Source: an uncultured Nitrososphaerales archaeon | GTDB lineage: Archaea > Thermoproteota > Nitrososphaeria > Nitrososphaerales > Nitrososphaeraceae | Direction: 5' to 3' | DNA length: 64,000 nt | NCBI GenBank assembly: GCA_963709405.1 | Contig: CAVPXM010000038.1 | Coordinates: 32,001 to 96,000 of the forward strand | Shown here: positions 12,250 through 22,678 of the stretch, in pieces | Position numbering within the stretch: the stretch's first letter is position 1 | Layout of the letters: each line of letters opens with the position of its first letter | Position numbers and translations under genes: made by a program | Notes under the pieces: generated by a model | Databases searched by the model: none | Told to the model about the DNA's origin: nothing | Seen by the model: the letters and a program-made list of their open reading frames with translations, nothing else

Positions 12250-13282
12250 TGTTGTACTTGCACGGATAGGTTACATTTTTAATTACCTACATGGGTTACA
12301 CTTTTCTGTTTAGTTCTCGTATGTGTACTGGATGTAATTAACCTTTGTAGGAACATCTCCGATGGAGTAAGACCATTTATGCCTCCATGTTCTCTGGTTT
12401 CGTTATATGCTTTAACAAACATGTCGTATCTTTGTTTACCATCATCTATGTTTGGTATATCTTCTAATGCTATGAATTCATTCTTTACAATCTTGTTATA
12501 TGCTTCTACTTTGCCCTGTAACTGCGGATATGATTTTGGTATTTGCTTATCTTTTATCTGATTATGTATAAGGAAATGTCTGAATATTCTGGATGTAAAC
12601 TGTTTACCGTTATCATGCATCATCATCTTAGGCTTACCATTAATCATTATCCAGTCCTCTAATACATTAAGAACATCCACTGACCTCTTTCTTTCGGACC
12701 ACTTGCTAGCCACCTTCCTAGAACAATCATCTAAGCAACTAATGATGTAATTCCTTTGACTGGAATTACTCAGATAGAAAGGGCCAAGGATATCCATCTG
12801 TACCATATCATTTGGATGCTTCATGACAAACCGTTTGTAAGTTCTTGCTTTGGCCTTACACATGAGGATATTAAGACAATGTCTCTTTAGTATCTTGTAT
12901 ATAGTTCGGGTGCTTAATGAGATTCCAATGATTCTTTTTAGTCGAAACTTGATCCTATTACATCCAAATCTCTTAGTTAATCGTAGATCAAGTATAGTCT
13001 CTTCTACTTCTGGTGTTACCTTCCTGTAGTTGATTTTATGAGGCCTTCTGGAGTTATCTGATAGGCCTTCTATCCCTTTCTGCTTGTATCTATTATTCCA
13101 CTTGTAGTAAGTCTTTCTGGATACACCATATCTCTTACAAATATTACATATGGTATCACCAGTCCATTCTTTTTCGTGTATTAGATTAAACCTTATTCTG
13201 ATTTCTATATGGATTCACTTCCCGACAGAAGTGTAACCCATGTCTGTAAGCTATAATGTCACCTATGTCAGTAAGTACAACA
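12250..13282 (-). mobile_element. IS481-family element, copy 1
   Basis: 28-bp imperfect TIR (TGTTGTACTT...ATAGGT.ACATT), TGT...ACA ends, 6-bp TSD ATTAGT at 12244-12249 and 13283-13288. Confidence 0.92.
12279..13214 (-). CDS. IS481 DDE transposase (HTH + rve core); no canonical in-frame start for the N-terminal part
   Basis: 'CKRYGVSRKTYYKW', 'QMDI', 'LDDCSR', 'HDNGKQF', 'GKVEAYN'; frame open from ATC at 13214. Confidence 0.88.
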   Translation of the reverse strand: MHIEIRIRFNLIHEKEWTGDTICNICKRYGVSRKTYYKWNNRYKQKGIEGLSDNSRRPHKINYRKVTPEVEETILDLRLTKRFGCNRIKFRLKRIIGISLSTRTIYKILKRHCLNILMCKAKARTYKRFVMKHPNDMVQMDILGPFYLSNSSQRNYIISCLDDCSRKVASKWSERKRSVDVLNVLEDWIMINGKPKMMMHDNGKQFTSRIFRHFLIHNQIKDKQIPKSYPQLQGKVEAYNKIVKNEFIALEDIPNIDDGKQRYDMFVKAYNETREHGGINGLTPSEMFLQRLITSSTHTRTKQKSVTHVGN

Positions 13283-13429
13283 ATTAGTCTAGCTAGAATG
13301 CACAACAAAAATGAACTGGAATTGACTGTTAATTTCATAGCTTCGATGAGGATATCTTTGTTGAAATTGATCAGATTAATACAACTAGAAACACCTGATG
13401 AGAATCATCTGTATTAAATTAATTATTCA

Positions 13430-14335
13430 TTTATCTTCAATAGTCTTGAACTTGCTATCTGAAACTTGTCAGAGTCTATTTCTATGCCTATGAATCTTCT
13501 TTTAAGTTTGAGTGCTGGCAGCACCTGTCGTACCAGAACCCATCATAGGAAATTCTAAAATGGGTTCGGCGTTTATTAATTCTTGTCTCTTTTGTTCCTT
13601 TTGTAATTGTCTGTAGACCTTATCTATCTTCACTTTTCCTTTCCTTAATTGATCTTTTATATCCTCAGGTGCATTTTTGATAATCTCTCTGCCTTTAAAG
13701 TATGTCATTGGAGAAACTTGCGCTCTCCTAGCAGAGATATCAATTACTCTGCCTCTTGAATGCAGATTCTTGTCTGTATTATCCCGTTGCTCAATCGACG
13801 TTGATGTTAAAGTCGTGTCTATTCTTTCTAATTGGTTTAATGGGGTAGTATAATTTTGTACCACCCTATTATCATTATTATGAGGAGTGCTCTCGTTATC
13901 CGTTTTCATCGCCCATCTTTTTTCAGCCCCTACCTTCCCAGCACAGAACATTCGAGTTGCTGCTTTTCCAATTTCATTTTCTATAGTCTCCAACTTGTAC
14001 TGTAATTCTATCCTCTGAAACAGAGTCAGGTGTCTGCGATTCATGTTTACTTCTATTCTAAATTTTTGTTCCAGTAATCGATAGTCAAAAAATTTTACAA
14101 ATAACTTTGGATCCTTTCCTAGTTCTTGACACGCCTTGTATCTCTGATAACCATCAAGAATCGTGCCATGTTGATTTAATATTATAGCGTAGTATAACTC
14201 ATTTTCCTTAATTGATTGTTTAAGAGATTCAAAATCTTCTGCTGAGATACATGGAACTAGGTTGTCATATTCATTATTAATGATGACAGTGCCTTCAAAT
14301 CTTTCATCCTGTGGTGTTATTATCGACGTTGTCAT
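13430..14335 (-). pseudogene. ParB/Srx N-terminal domain protein fused to a deleted N6/N4 DNA methyltransferase
   Basis: 'FESLKQSIKENEL...ILDGYQRYKACQELG', 'NMNRRHLT'; ends 'PMMGSGTTGAA' and, after a frameshift, 'LKRRFIGIEID'. Confidence 0.8.
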
Positions 14336-14826
14336 TACATTTTTTTGAAAAATAGGAATAAAATAAAAAAGAAAACAAATATAATCACGCGGCCTAGGTT
14401 ACCATTATATCAAATCAGCAATTACTATATCTACCAGTCACAATGGCGTCATTTTACCTGACTGTATGAATAATATTTGTGATTGTTCTATCCGGTACTT
14501 GAGCGGATTAGAAATTCTTAATATTTCTCTATAATTCTATGGTATACCTCTTGCCACCAAGTAGATGTTATAACAAATAGGATGACTACCATAATTCATA
14601 AGTTCCAATCATTTCAACTAGTATTCGAATTTCATCTATTTGATCGTTATATGAGGTGTCAATATATTAGGAGTAAAAAAGTATAATTAAAAAATAGTAT
14701 AAATCCTAATTTGCTACGCGATAAGAGCCTGATTTCCTGATAGTCGTTCTTGTCTTGGTGTAACATTAATGTAAGAGTAGTCCAGTTTCTATTTTCTCTC
14801 ATCGTGAGTTTAATTTTTCAATGTCA

Positions 14827-15888
14827 CTAATCTAGCGAGACACGTCTAATTAGGATATCATAGAGTTCTTTATCCACATCCTTCAATTTCTCCAAACTAA
14901 TTGGATAGTAGCCTTTGCTTGCACCCATGAGGCCTTCTCTTATCTTACTCTTGGGATTAAAGTTCAATCTTTCTAGTTCGTTGCATTTGTCCAACCAATC
15001 CTTGATAAATCCAAAGGACTCTTCTGATGACATGCCTCTTATTTTCAGCAAATATGGTGTAAGAATTCTCCAAATGCAATATTTCCTATGATCACATAGG
15101 CCAGTTTGAAGCAATGTTTCTATCCACGGAATACTGTTGTTATGATCAAAAATACCAACAACATCCTTGTGTTTCGCTTCTCTTTCTAGCCTTGTTACGT
15201 TTTCCCTGATCTTCTTAACTTCTCTGTCTACCAACCATATATTGAATTCATACAACAAGACATTGAACTTTGGTCTTTTACCATCCCATCTCTGGATTAT
15301 TTTTACCTCTGTTGAATAGTCAGCAATATTGTTATTTCTTACGGCACATTTAGTATTAAATGAGCCTGGAATTCGTATCATGCAAGATTTGAATGATGGA
15401 TTGTGAGATGGATCTGATTTGCAGTTAGTTAAATGTAATTCTGCAAATTTTAAAAATGCTTTAGACGGCTGATCAAACTTGCTGAATAATACCTCTTGTT
15501 CTAGTGGAAAGGCTTCAAGGGGCAAATATATATGATATCCATTACCAGACCATATAACTGTAGGATTCACACCAAATATCCGGTCAATTTTCTTTAGGAC
15601 TTTTTTCACGAATGTGGATAACTCCTCAATGCAATTGAAGGCCGACAGATCCAAATCTATGAATATGAAATTAGGCGCCTGTCTGTTGATATCCCTAAAT
15701 CCTGTATAATCCGGATAGGCATTTATTCTACAGTCCAAAAAATTAGCTTGTTTGAACATTTGAATTGCATCTTCTTTATTAAAAACTAGAACTTGTCTTC
15801 CTTCAGTTGCATTAGTCGATAAGGTTCTAGGCCATACCGGTTCTTGAAAATGGCTTATAATGAAATCTAAATCGTACGTATGTTCCAA
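14827..15888 (-). CDS. Archaeo-eukaryotic primase (AEP) superfamily protein with PriX-like C-terminal domain
   Basis: 'FIDLD' motif I, 'SGNGYHIY' motif II, 'D...MIRIPGSFN' motif III; C-terminal 'WIETLLQT..DHRKYCIWRILTPYL'. Confidence 0.85.
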   Translation of the reverse strand: MEHTYDLDFIISHFQEPVWPRTLSTNATEGRQVLVFNKEDAIQMFKQANFLDCRINAYPDYTGFRDINRQAPNFIFIDLDLSAFNCIEELSTFVKKVLKKIDRIFGVNPTVIWSGNGYHIYLPLEAFPLEQEVLFSKFDQPSKAFLKFAELHLTNCKSDPSHNPSFKSCMIRIPGSFNTKCAVRNNNIADYSTEVKIIQRWDGKRPKFNVLLYEFNIWLVDREVKKIRENVTRLEREAKHKDVVGIFDHNNSIPWIETLLQTGLCDHRKYCIWRILTPYLLKIRGMSSEESFGFIKDWLDKCNELERLNFNPKSKIREGLMGASKGYYPISLEKLKDVDKELYDILIRRVSLD

Positions 15889-15947
15889 GTTTCACACTCA
15901 TGTAATTAATTTGCACATATAATGACTTAAGATTTTTGGACTGGGCC

Positions 15948-15983
15948 GGATTATATCCCTTGTGGTTAAGGGGTTCAACTACT
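15948..15983. repeat. 36-bp dispersed non-coding repeat, copy 1
   Basis: ggattatatcccttgtggttaaggggttcaactact; 34/36 match to 19591-19626. Confidence 0.85.
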
Positions 15984-16197
15984 TTAGCATATAGGCATTA
16001 TTTAAACGGCAGAATAATGACTGAATAATGATCCACCGACATAGTAGAAGTTTGTGTAGTCATCCAAACTGTTGTGTACACACGTATCAGGTGGCTAGTT
16101 GGTCTGGGTTCGGTGGGATGCAGTACACTACTGCATGTAATACACTATTCTAAAACTACACCATCAGTAATGTCTCCAAAATAACCTTGTAAGAAAG

Positions 16198-17278
16198 CTA
16201 TTTGGAAAACATCATACTACTCTCTCTATCTCTATAATCTAATAATGTGAAGCTTATTTCCTTTCTGAAGATCTCAATTTGTTCTTCAAAATCGCTTATC
16301 GGCCAGAAATGTAAACGCATTACTCCAGCTTCATAAAGAACATTTATCTTTTGTATACACTCCTCAACAGACCCAAATAAAAGTAGATTTTCTAACTGTT
16401 CTGCAGGTCTGCCTAATGCTGGAGATAGCCTATCTTTTACCATCCTGTGAACTTTATCTTTATCGCTATTGATGTATCCAAACATTGACATAAGACAATT
16501 TTCAAATGATTCGCTATCTTTACCTAATCTTTTTCTGTATGACAAAAGCATATTCCATTTTTCTCTGAACTTGTCTGGTGTGATATTATATGCAGATGCC
16601 ATCCAACCATCACCATATTTTGCAGTTCTTTTTAGGCCTGCTTCTGATGATCCCCATGTGCCTACGAATATAGGAGGGTGAGGCTTTTGAAATGGCATTG
16701 GTGCAATAGATATTTTCTCTAATTGATAATATTTGCCGCTATAGTCTACGTATTGTGTAGTAGTAGCCTTTATGTCATTACCGTCATCATCATCATGCTC
16801 TCTCCTACTACTATTGTTCCAAAGTATATGCAAAATCTGCAATGCTTCATTAAATCTACTCCACCTATGCTCAAAAGGAATTCCACATGCATCATAATCT
16901 CCCTTATGTGAGCCAGGCCCAACTCCTGTCTGCAAATAGCCTTCCAGAAGATAGTATATCTATAGCTGATAAAGCCTTGGCACATATAACAGGGCTTCTT
17001 ACAACTATGTTTAGTATGGACGTGCCAAGTTTTATCCTATTGGTTACTGCTCGAGCTACTGACAATGTACTTAGCGCGTCCAACCAACTAGTTCTAGAGA
17101 CAATGTGATCGTTTACACTCAATGAATCATAGCCAAGAGACTCTGCCTTTCTTGCAATTGAAAGTATTTGTTCTCTTGTATGAAGCTTTTCATTTTCTTC
17201 ATTATTTTTATTATTACTATTACTGCTGCTATTAAATTCGATAACTGGTAAATGAACTCCAAATGCAAACTGTTTCAT
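16198..17278 (-). pseudogene. LLM-class flavin/F420-dependent oxidoreductase, frameshifted near 16920
   Basis: 'ARKAESLGYDSLSVNDH', 'IKLGTSIL', 'DILSSGRL' then 'GVGPG', 'PFQKPHPPIFVG', 'YGDGWM'. Confidence 0.88.
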
Positions 17279-17849
17279 TCATTACTCCAGGAACAAATAT
17301 ACAAATATATCATATAAACTAGTACATCGTATAGAGAGGCAGGGTTTGTCTCGAGGCTTTGTAGTTCGTATTCTGTGGGCTTGTATATGTATACATGTAG
17401 TGTATACGATATTGTTAGTGCGATGCATATAATTTTATTATTAGAGATAAGATTAGAATAATTTGATATGGTTCCATGAAATTATTGTTAAAGGAGAATT
17501 ATTGCCATTAGTATATAATCACTCAGGTATCTTCTAATTGTAGTCATTTTGATTCTCGTCTTAATCTATATTTATTTGATTATTGCTTGATTTTGTTGCT
17601 GCTGCCTAGAATGGATAATGATAATAATAATAATAATGGTATGAAAATAGGATTAAGACTACCACAAACAGATGAACTTCGTGCTACAAAACAAAATATC
17701 GAAGCAAAGCACTCTGAAGTGCAGATATTTTTATTGTATAATCTTATTGATACCAATTAGTAAATTGTGATTTGAGTATGGGAGCTATGGCAACTATATC
17801 AGTAAGTGAACTTATATAATTCTGAAGACCTTGCAGGGACTGAAATTTA

Positions 17850-18311
17850 TTATTTTTTCTTTTGTATTCTTTTTTGAATTTGACCTAACTGCTTTTGCAA
17901 TAGTTTGATTTTAGATTGCAGGTTTTTTATGACCCCTACCTGTTCCTTTGCGGATTTATTGTGTATTCGTAATGGTGGAGCATACGTAATACCTTGTCGA
18001 TTTGGCCAGTCTGCTTCTCTAGTTGTTTAGCTACATTAGCTGAAATTCTTTTTTTCTTGTTGACTACTTACAGAGGGTTTTATTTTAGATACCTTGGGTC
18101 TTTTTGGAGTTTTGATGGCCTTGGTCAATATCTCCTCTTGTTGTTCCTGTTCTACTATTTTCTTGGGGAGGACTTCGAACTCTTGTCCTTCGGCTACTTC
18201 CACATTTTCTTTTTCTTCATCCTGTTTCTCAATTTGTCCTTCTTCTTGTACTTCTATTGTTGCTTCTACATTGCCTCGAACTATCACTCTATTATCTTCT
18301 GCTTTCGACAT
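17850..18311 (-). pseudogene. Acidic/coiled-coil hypothetical protein, frameshifted
   Basis: ORF 18036-18311 continues in other frames as ISANVAKQLEKQTGQIDKV...LQKQLGQIQKRIQKKK*. Confidence 0.55.
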
Positions 18312-18673
18312 AATGCTTAATCGTATTCGTTATAAATATCGATTTTGTATAACACCTGTTTGTCGACTAGTATGATATAGGGCCTATAGCGCAATTAGAC
18401 AATGAATATTGCCGGCATTTCATGCGTAATTTGGAATTGTGTGTGTATATTTACAATCCACGTTCCATGTAGTACAATTGCCTGGAAATATCGAGTCTTG
18501 TTTCAAAGTCCTTTGAGGGTAATTCTGTACTATCCACTTTGTTTGAGCTTCTTTTAATGAGGTATTTAGAAGCAATATTTCTACATGCAGTATATCTGCC
18601 ATTTTGTGTTATGATAAATCCAGCATAGAATATTTAATTAAAAGCTGCTGTATACTACGATGTTAATCTCTCA

Positions 18674-19168
18674 ATGGCAGCGCAACAACATTCGAAAACA
18701 GGCAAACATCCAAACGATTCCAGAGCTGAGATGACAATTATGATGCTGCCTTCAGATGCTAATCCAAAAGGCAATGTGTTTGGAGGTGTTATATTAAAAC
18801 ATGTAGATCTTATTGCGGGTTTATGCGCCCAAAGACATGCCGGTCGTGCCAATATCGTCACAGCAAGTATCGATAGAATGACTTTTTTAAAGCCTGTATT
18901 CATTGGTAATGCACTAATTCTTTCTGCAAGAGTAAATTATGTAAAAAGATCTTCTATGGAAGTTGAAGTTACTGTGGAAGCTGAAGATCTAGATGACAGT
19001 ATGAGAATTCGCACAGGAACAGCATTTGTTACCATGGTCGCTCTTGATAAATATGGAAAGCCTACAAAAGTTCCAGCACTGATATTGGAAAGAGATGATG
19101 ATAAAATACGATTTCAACAAGGTGAAGCAAGAATGATTTCCCGTCTAAAGGAAGCAGGCAGAATGTAA
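18674..19168 (+). CDS. Acyl-CoA thioesterase (hotdog fold, YciA-like)
   Basis: 'PSDANPKGNVFGGVILKHVD', 'VTASID', 'FVTMVALD..GKP'. Confidence 0.92.
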   Translation: MAAQQHSKTGKHPNDSRAEMTIMMLPSDANPKGNVFGGVILKHVDLIAGLCAQRHAGRANIVTASIDRMTFLKPVFIGNALILSARVNYVKRSSMEVEVTVEAEDLDDSMRIRTGTAFVTMVALDKYGKPTKVPALILERDDDKIRFQQGEARMISRLKEAGRM

Positions 19169-19590
19169 TTCAGATAGTTTTAGGCTGTTCTTTTCAATTC
19201 TATTTACAGTCTGGTAATAATAATATGCGAACGGAAAAGATTCTAACTACTGCCATGATTACTATTATGATTATTTCGCGCGTCAAATATTTCTTCAACA
19301 AACCTGCGATTTCATAATCAGATTAAAGCCTGCCACAGCACAAAACTAGAATCATCATAATATATGTGAGACTACTTCATATCGGCCTACTTTCGTTAAG
19401 CGGATAAGAATTCGAGCACTGCGATAAAATATACTAAGGATTCATATTTGCTTGAACACCTCCCTCATGAGAGAGGGTTCAATTCTCTATTTTACTGAAG
19501 CAGAATATCATTTAGATATGATGTGCAATTATACTGCTACGAAATAGTACTTGCAAATGTAGGCGACAATTTAGCTTACATAAGTGAGCG

Positions 19591-19626
19591 GGATTATATC
19601 CCTTGTGGTAAAAGGGTTCAACTACT
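19591..19626. repeat. 36-bp dispersed non-coding repeat, copy 2
   Basis: ggattatatcccttgtggtaaaagggttcaactact. Confidence 0.85.
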
Positions 19627-19968
19627 CTGTACACAGATGCCTTTTTGAAATAAGCGCGCAAAGACTGAAAATGTGGATAATTGATAACAAGAATGATAGT
19701 AGTAGTATATTAGCTTGGTCTAGTTAGGGTGAGTAAGTTATTGTTATTGTTATATCCTTGCTCCTTTTGTCACTCCTCTCTCTTAATGCTTTACTACAGT
19801 TACTTTAAACTCGAGATTGCGGCTAAATCATTATTCATGAATTCTCTTACAAGGTTAGAACGATCTTATTATGCTGTGGGTGGTAGTTCAACAAAATCTG
19901 GAATATTTGATTATCTATATGAACACAGACTTAGATACCTCATAATCGATCAAATTGAGAAGATTAGT

Positions 19969-21003
19969 TGTTGTACTTGCACAGATAGGTTACATTATTA
20001 GGTACCTACATGGGTTACACTTTGCTGCTTGTTCTTGTATGTATGGTGGATGTAATTAATCTTTGTAGAAACATCTCTGATGGAGTAAGACCATTTATTC
20101 CTCCATGTTCTCTAGTTTCATTATACGCTTTTACAAACATATCATACCTTTGTTTACCATCATCTGTGTTTGGTATATCCTCAACTGCTAGAAATTCATT
20201 CTTCACTATCTTGTTATATGCTTCCACTTTACCCTGAAGCTGCGGATAGCGATTTGGTATTTGTTTATCCTTTATCTGATTGTGTACGAGGAAATGTCTG
20301 AATATGTTAGATGTAAACTGCTTTCCATTGTCATGCATTACTCTATCAGGTTTGCCATTGATCACTATCCAATCCTCTAATACGTCCAGAACATCCACTG
20401 ACCTCTTTCTTTCAGACCACTTGCTAGCTACCTTCCTAGAGCAGTCGTCTAAGCAACTAATGATGTAATTCCTTTGATTGGAATTGCTCAGATAGAAAGG
20501 GCCAAGGATATCCATCTGTACCATATCATTTGGATGCTTCATAGCAAACCGTTTGTAGCTTCGTATTTTAGCTTTACATCTAAGGATGTTAAGACAATGT
20601 CTCTTTAATATCTTGTATATAGTTCGAGTGCTTAATGAGATTCCAACAACCTTTCTCAATCTAAACTTGATCCTATTACATCCAAATCTCTTGCTTAATC
20701 GTAGATCAAGTATTGTTTCCTCTACTTCTGCTGTTACTTTTTTGTACTTGATATTATGAGGTCTTCTTGAGGTATCTGATAGACCTTCCATCCCTTTCTG
20801 TTTGTATCTCTTATTCCACTTATAGTACGTCTTTCTGGATACACCATATTTTTTACAAATAATGCTTATGGTATCACCAGTCCATTCTTTTTCATGTATT
20901 AGACTAAACCTTGTTCTGATTTCTATATGGATTCACTTCCTGACAGCAGAAGTGTAACCCATGTCGGTAAGCTATAATGTCACCTATGTTAGAAAGTACA
21001 ACA
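19969..21003 (-). mobile_element. IS481-family element, copy 2
   Basis: Same TIRs; TSD ATTAGT at 19963-19968 and 21004-21009; diverged from copy 1 by many substitutions. Confidence 0.92.
20015..20932 (-). CDS. IS481 DDE transposase, copy 2
   Basis: Same motifs as copy 1; frame open from ATC at 20932; altered C-terminus (SSKV). Confidence 0.88.
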   Translation of the reverse strand: MHIEIRTRFSLIHEKEWTGDTISIICKKYGVSRKTYYKWNKRYKQKGMEGLSDTSRRPHNIKYKKVTAEVEETILDLRLSKRFGCNRIKFRLRKVVGISLSTRTIYKILKRHCLNILRCKAKIRSYKRFAMKHPNDMVQMDILGPFYLSNSNQRNYIISCLDDCSRKVASKWSERKRSVDVLDVLEDWIVINGKPDRVMHDNGKQFTSNIFRHFLVHNQIKDKQIPNRYPQLQGKVEAYNKIVKNEFLAVEDIPNTDDGKQRYDMFVKAYNETREHGGINGLTPSEMFLQRLITSTIHTRTSSKV

Positions 21004-21145
21004 ATTAGTAAATGAGGCCAAACAAGTCCATTGAATTTAATGGAATCCCGTATCTTGTCAGAGCTAAAATACAGACAGCAAAGAATGACTCAACTAAAGA
21101 CATGGTTACTCTTCCTGTGAAGAAACAACGGTATCCTTGAATTTC

Positions 21146-22675
21146 TCAAAACACCTTTATTCCACCGAAGACTTCTTTCGTCTTTTCTGCTAATTGCTCT
21201 GTGGTTACACCTGCGTGTGTTTCCTTGGCGATGATAAAACCATCATCGTTTCTCAGCTCATTAGGTTTGCCGTCTTGATTCTTGAAAGTAGGCATAAATA
21301 CATCGCTAAACCATTTCGCGACATATGGTCTCAGACTGATTGCTGCCCTTTCCATAAGCTCAAGAGTCTCTTTTAAGTCTTCAAGAATCATGATAGGATA
21401 AGACTGACCGGTTTCTTTATCTAGTATCATAGGTCTAGTATCCATGTTTATCTTCGTAATGATTGTTAGATAGTTCATTAATCTCCCCTGAACGGTCATA
21501 CTCCAGACGTGGTTTTCAGAAACTGGAATAGACTCAGATATGGCTTCGTTTATGGGATTTGGGATCTTGATACCCGAGTCCTTTGGCTTTAGCTTTCTGC
21601 TATGTTGCTTGAGCTTCGCAATTATCACCTTAGTTATATGCTTGCATTTTTCCTTGTCCTCTCTGCTTACCACTAACGTATCGTATTCCTCCGGGAGGTA
21701 GCCGTACTTTAATCCAATTAATTTATTCGCCGCCTTTATTTTTTCGCTGCTTGTATTCGGTGTTATATTGATGAACCGTCTGTTCTTCTCGTCAAAACGC
21801 AATCCTCTAGTATCATCTATGACTCGTGTAGTGAATAACACTGGCATACCTCTCAATCTATTAATCCTCGTTCGCATTTGACCGGAAGCAGACTTCTCAA
21901 CAAAAGTATACTTTTGATCTCGCGGAGTGTCTCGTGATATCAGACTCATCAGTACGCTAAGTAGCGAGTCCTGAGGAGTATCGAGACATAAAATAATCTG
22001 GTTATCTAGATTTATTAACTTCTCTGCACGGTTTTTAATGTCTTTTATCTGTGCCTCAATTGCTTTGATTTCTTCCTTATCTTCCCTAGATAGTTTTTCT
22101 TTATTCTGAATTTCCTCAATTTGTAACTCTAGTTCACCAATTATCGGATCTATAGCACGAGTCTCCTCTTCGTCGGTTTTTTCGTTATATTCTGATATCA
22201 CCATAATACCAGACCTGTGGACTAGAGCCTTGTCAGACATACCAGCCAGTTCTATGATGTACTTACTGGGAAAGTATCCGGCTACAGTAACCAGTAGGTA
22301 TGTTTTACCTGCGCCCGAATCCCTCGAATTAATAGTGTGGGGGATCGGGCATTTCGTAAATGCGCTGCAATAACCATAAAATAGTTGCCTGATAGATACC
22401 TCGTCATATTCCGCTTCCTTCTTCATCGTAGAAATTACAAGGGCAATATCCTTTGTCGTTAGTCTTTCATTTGCAAGCTGCTCATCATAATTTTGTTCGT
22501 GCAATTGACTTGGTGTTCCTTTATCTGCTGACGATTGCGTTTCTTCTGGTGTCGAACAATTCTTTTCCTCGTGGGATTGATAGCTGTCTGAGCTGAGACC
22601 ACGTAGTAACTCGTCTGGATCTTTCTGCTCCTCTCCCAGTTCACGGTCTTCACTTTCGCCATTATTATCTATCAT
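21146..22675 (-). CDS. MCM-like AAA+ ATPase / putative replicative helicase with coiled-coil insertion, possibly C-terminally truncated
   Basis: Walker A 'DSGAGKT', 'MSDKALV', Walker B-like 'ILCLD', sensor-1 'VLFTT', Arg finger 'EKNRRF'. Confidence 0.65.
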   Translation of the reverse strand: MIDNNGESEDRELGEEQKDPDELLRGLSSDSYQSHEEKNCSTPEETQSSADKGTPSQLHEQNYDEQLANERLTTKDIALVISTMKKEAEYDEVSIRQLFYGYCSAFTKCPIPHTINSRDSGAGKTYLLVTVAGYFPSKYIIELAGMSDKALVHRSGIMVISEYNEKTDEEETRAIDPIIGELELQIEEIQNKEKLSREDKEEIKAIEAQIKDIKNRAEKLINLDNQIILCLDTPQDSLLSVLMSLISRDTPRDQKYTFVEKSASGQMRTRINRLRGMPVLFTTRVIDDTRGLRFDEKNRRFINITPNTSSEKIKAANKLIGLKYGYLPEEYDTLVVSREDKEKCKHITKVIIAKLKQHSRKLKPKDSGIKIPNPINEAISESIPVSENHVWSMTVQGRLMNYLTIITKINMDTRPMILDKETGQSYPIMILEDLKETLELMERAAISLRPYVAKWFSDVFMPTFKNQDGKPNELRNDDGFIIAKETHAGVTTEQLAEKTKEVFGGIKVF

Positions 22676-22678
22676 GAC

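Larger units (their letters stand above)
19820..21112 (+). pseudogene. AAA+ ATPase fragment interrupted by IS481 copy 2
   Basis: 'AKSLFM...GGSSTKSGIFDYLYEHRLRYLIIDQIEK' before the IS; 'LNLMES...QRMTQLKTW' pieces after it. Confidence 0.65.

Noticed and set aside
12250-21003. Composite transposon bounded by IS481 copies
   Set aside because: The AAA pseudogene continues on both sides of copy 2, showing a separate insertion
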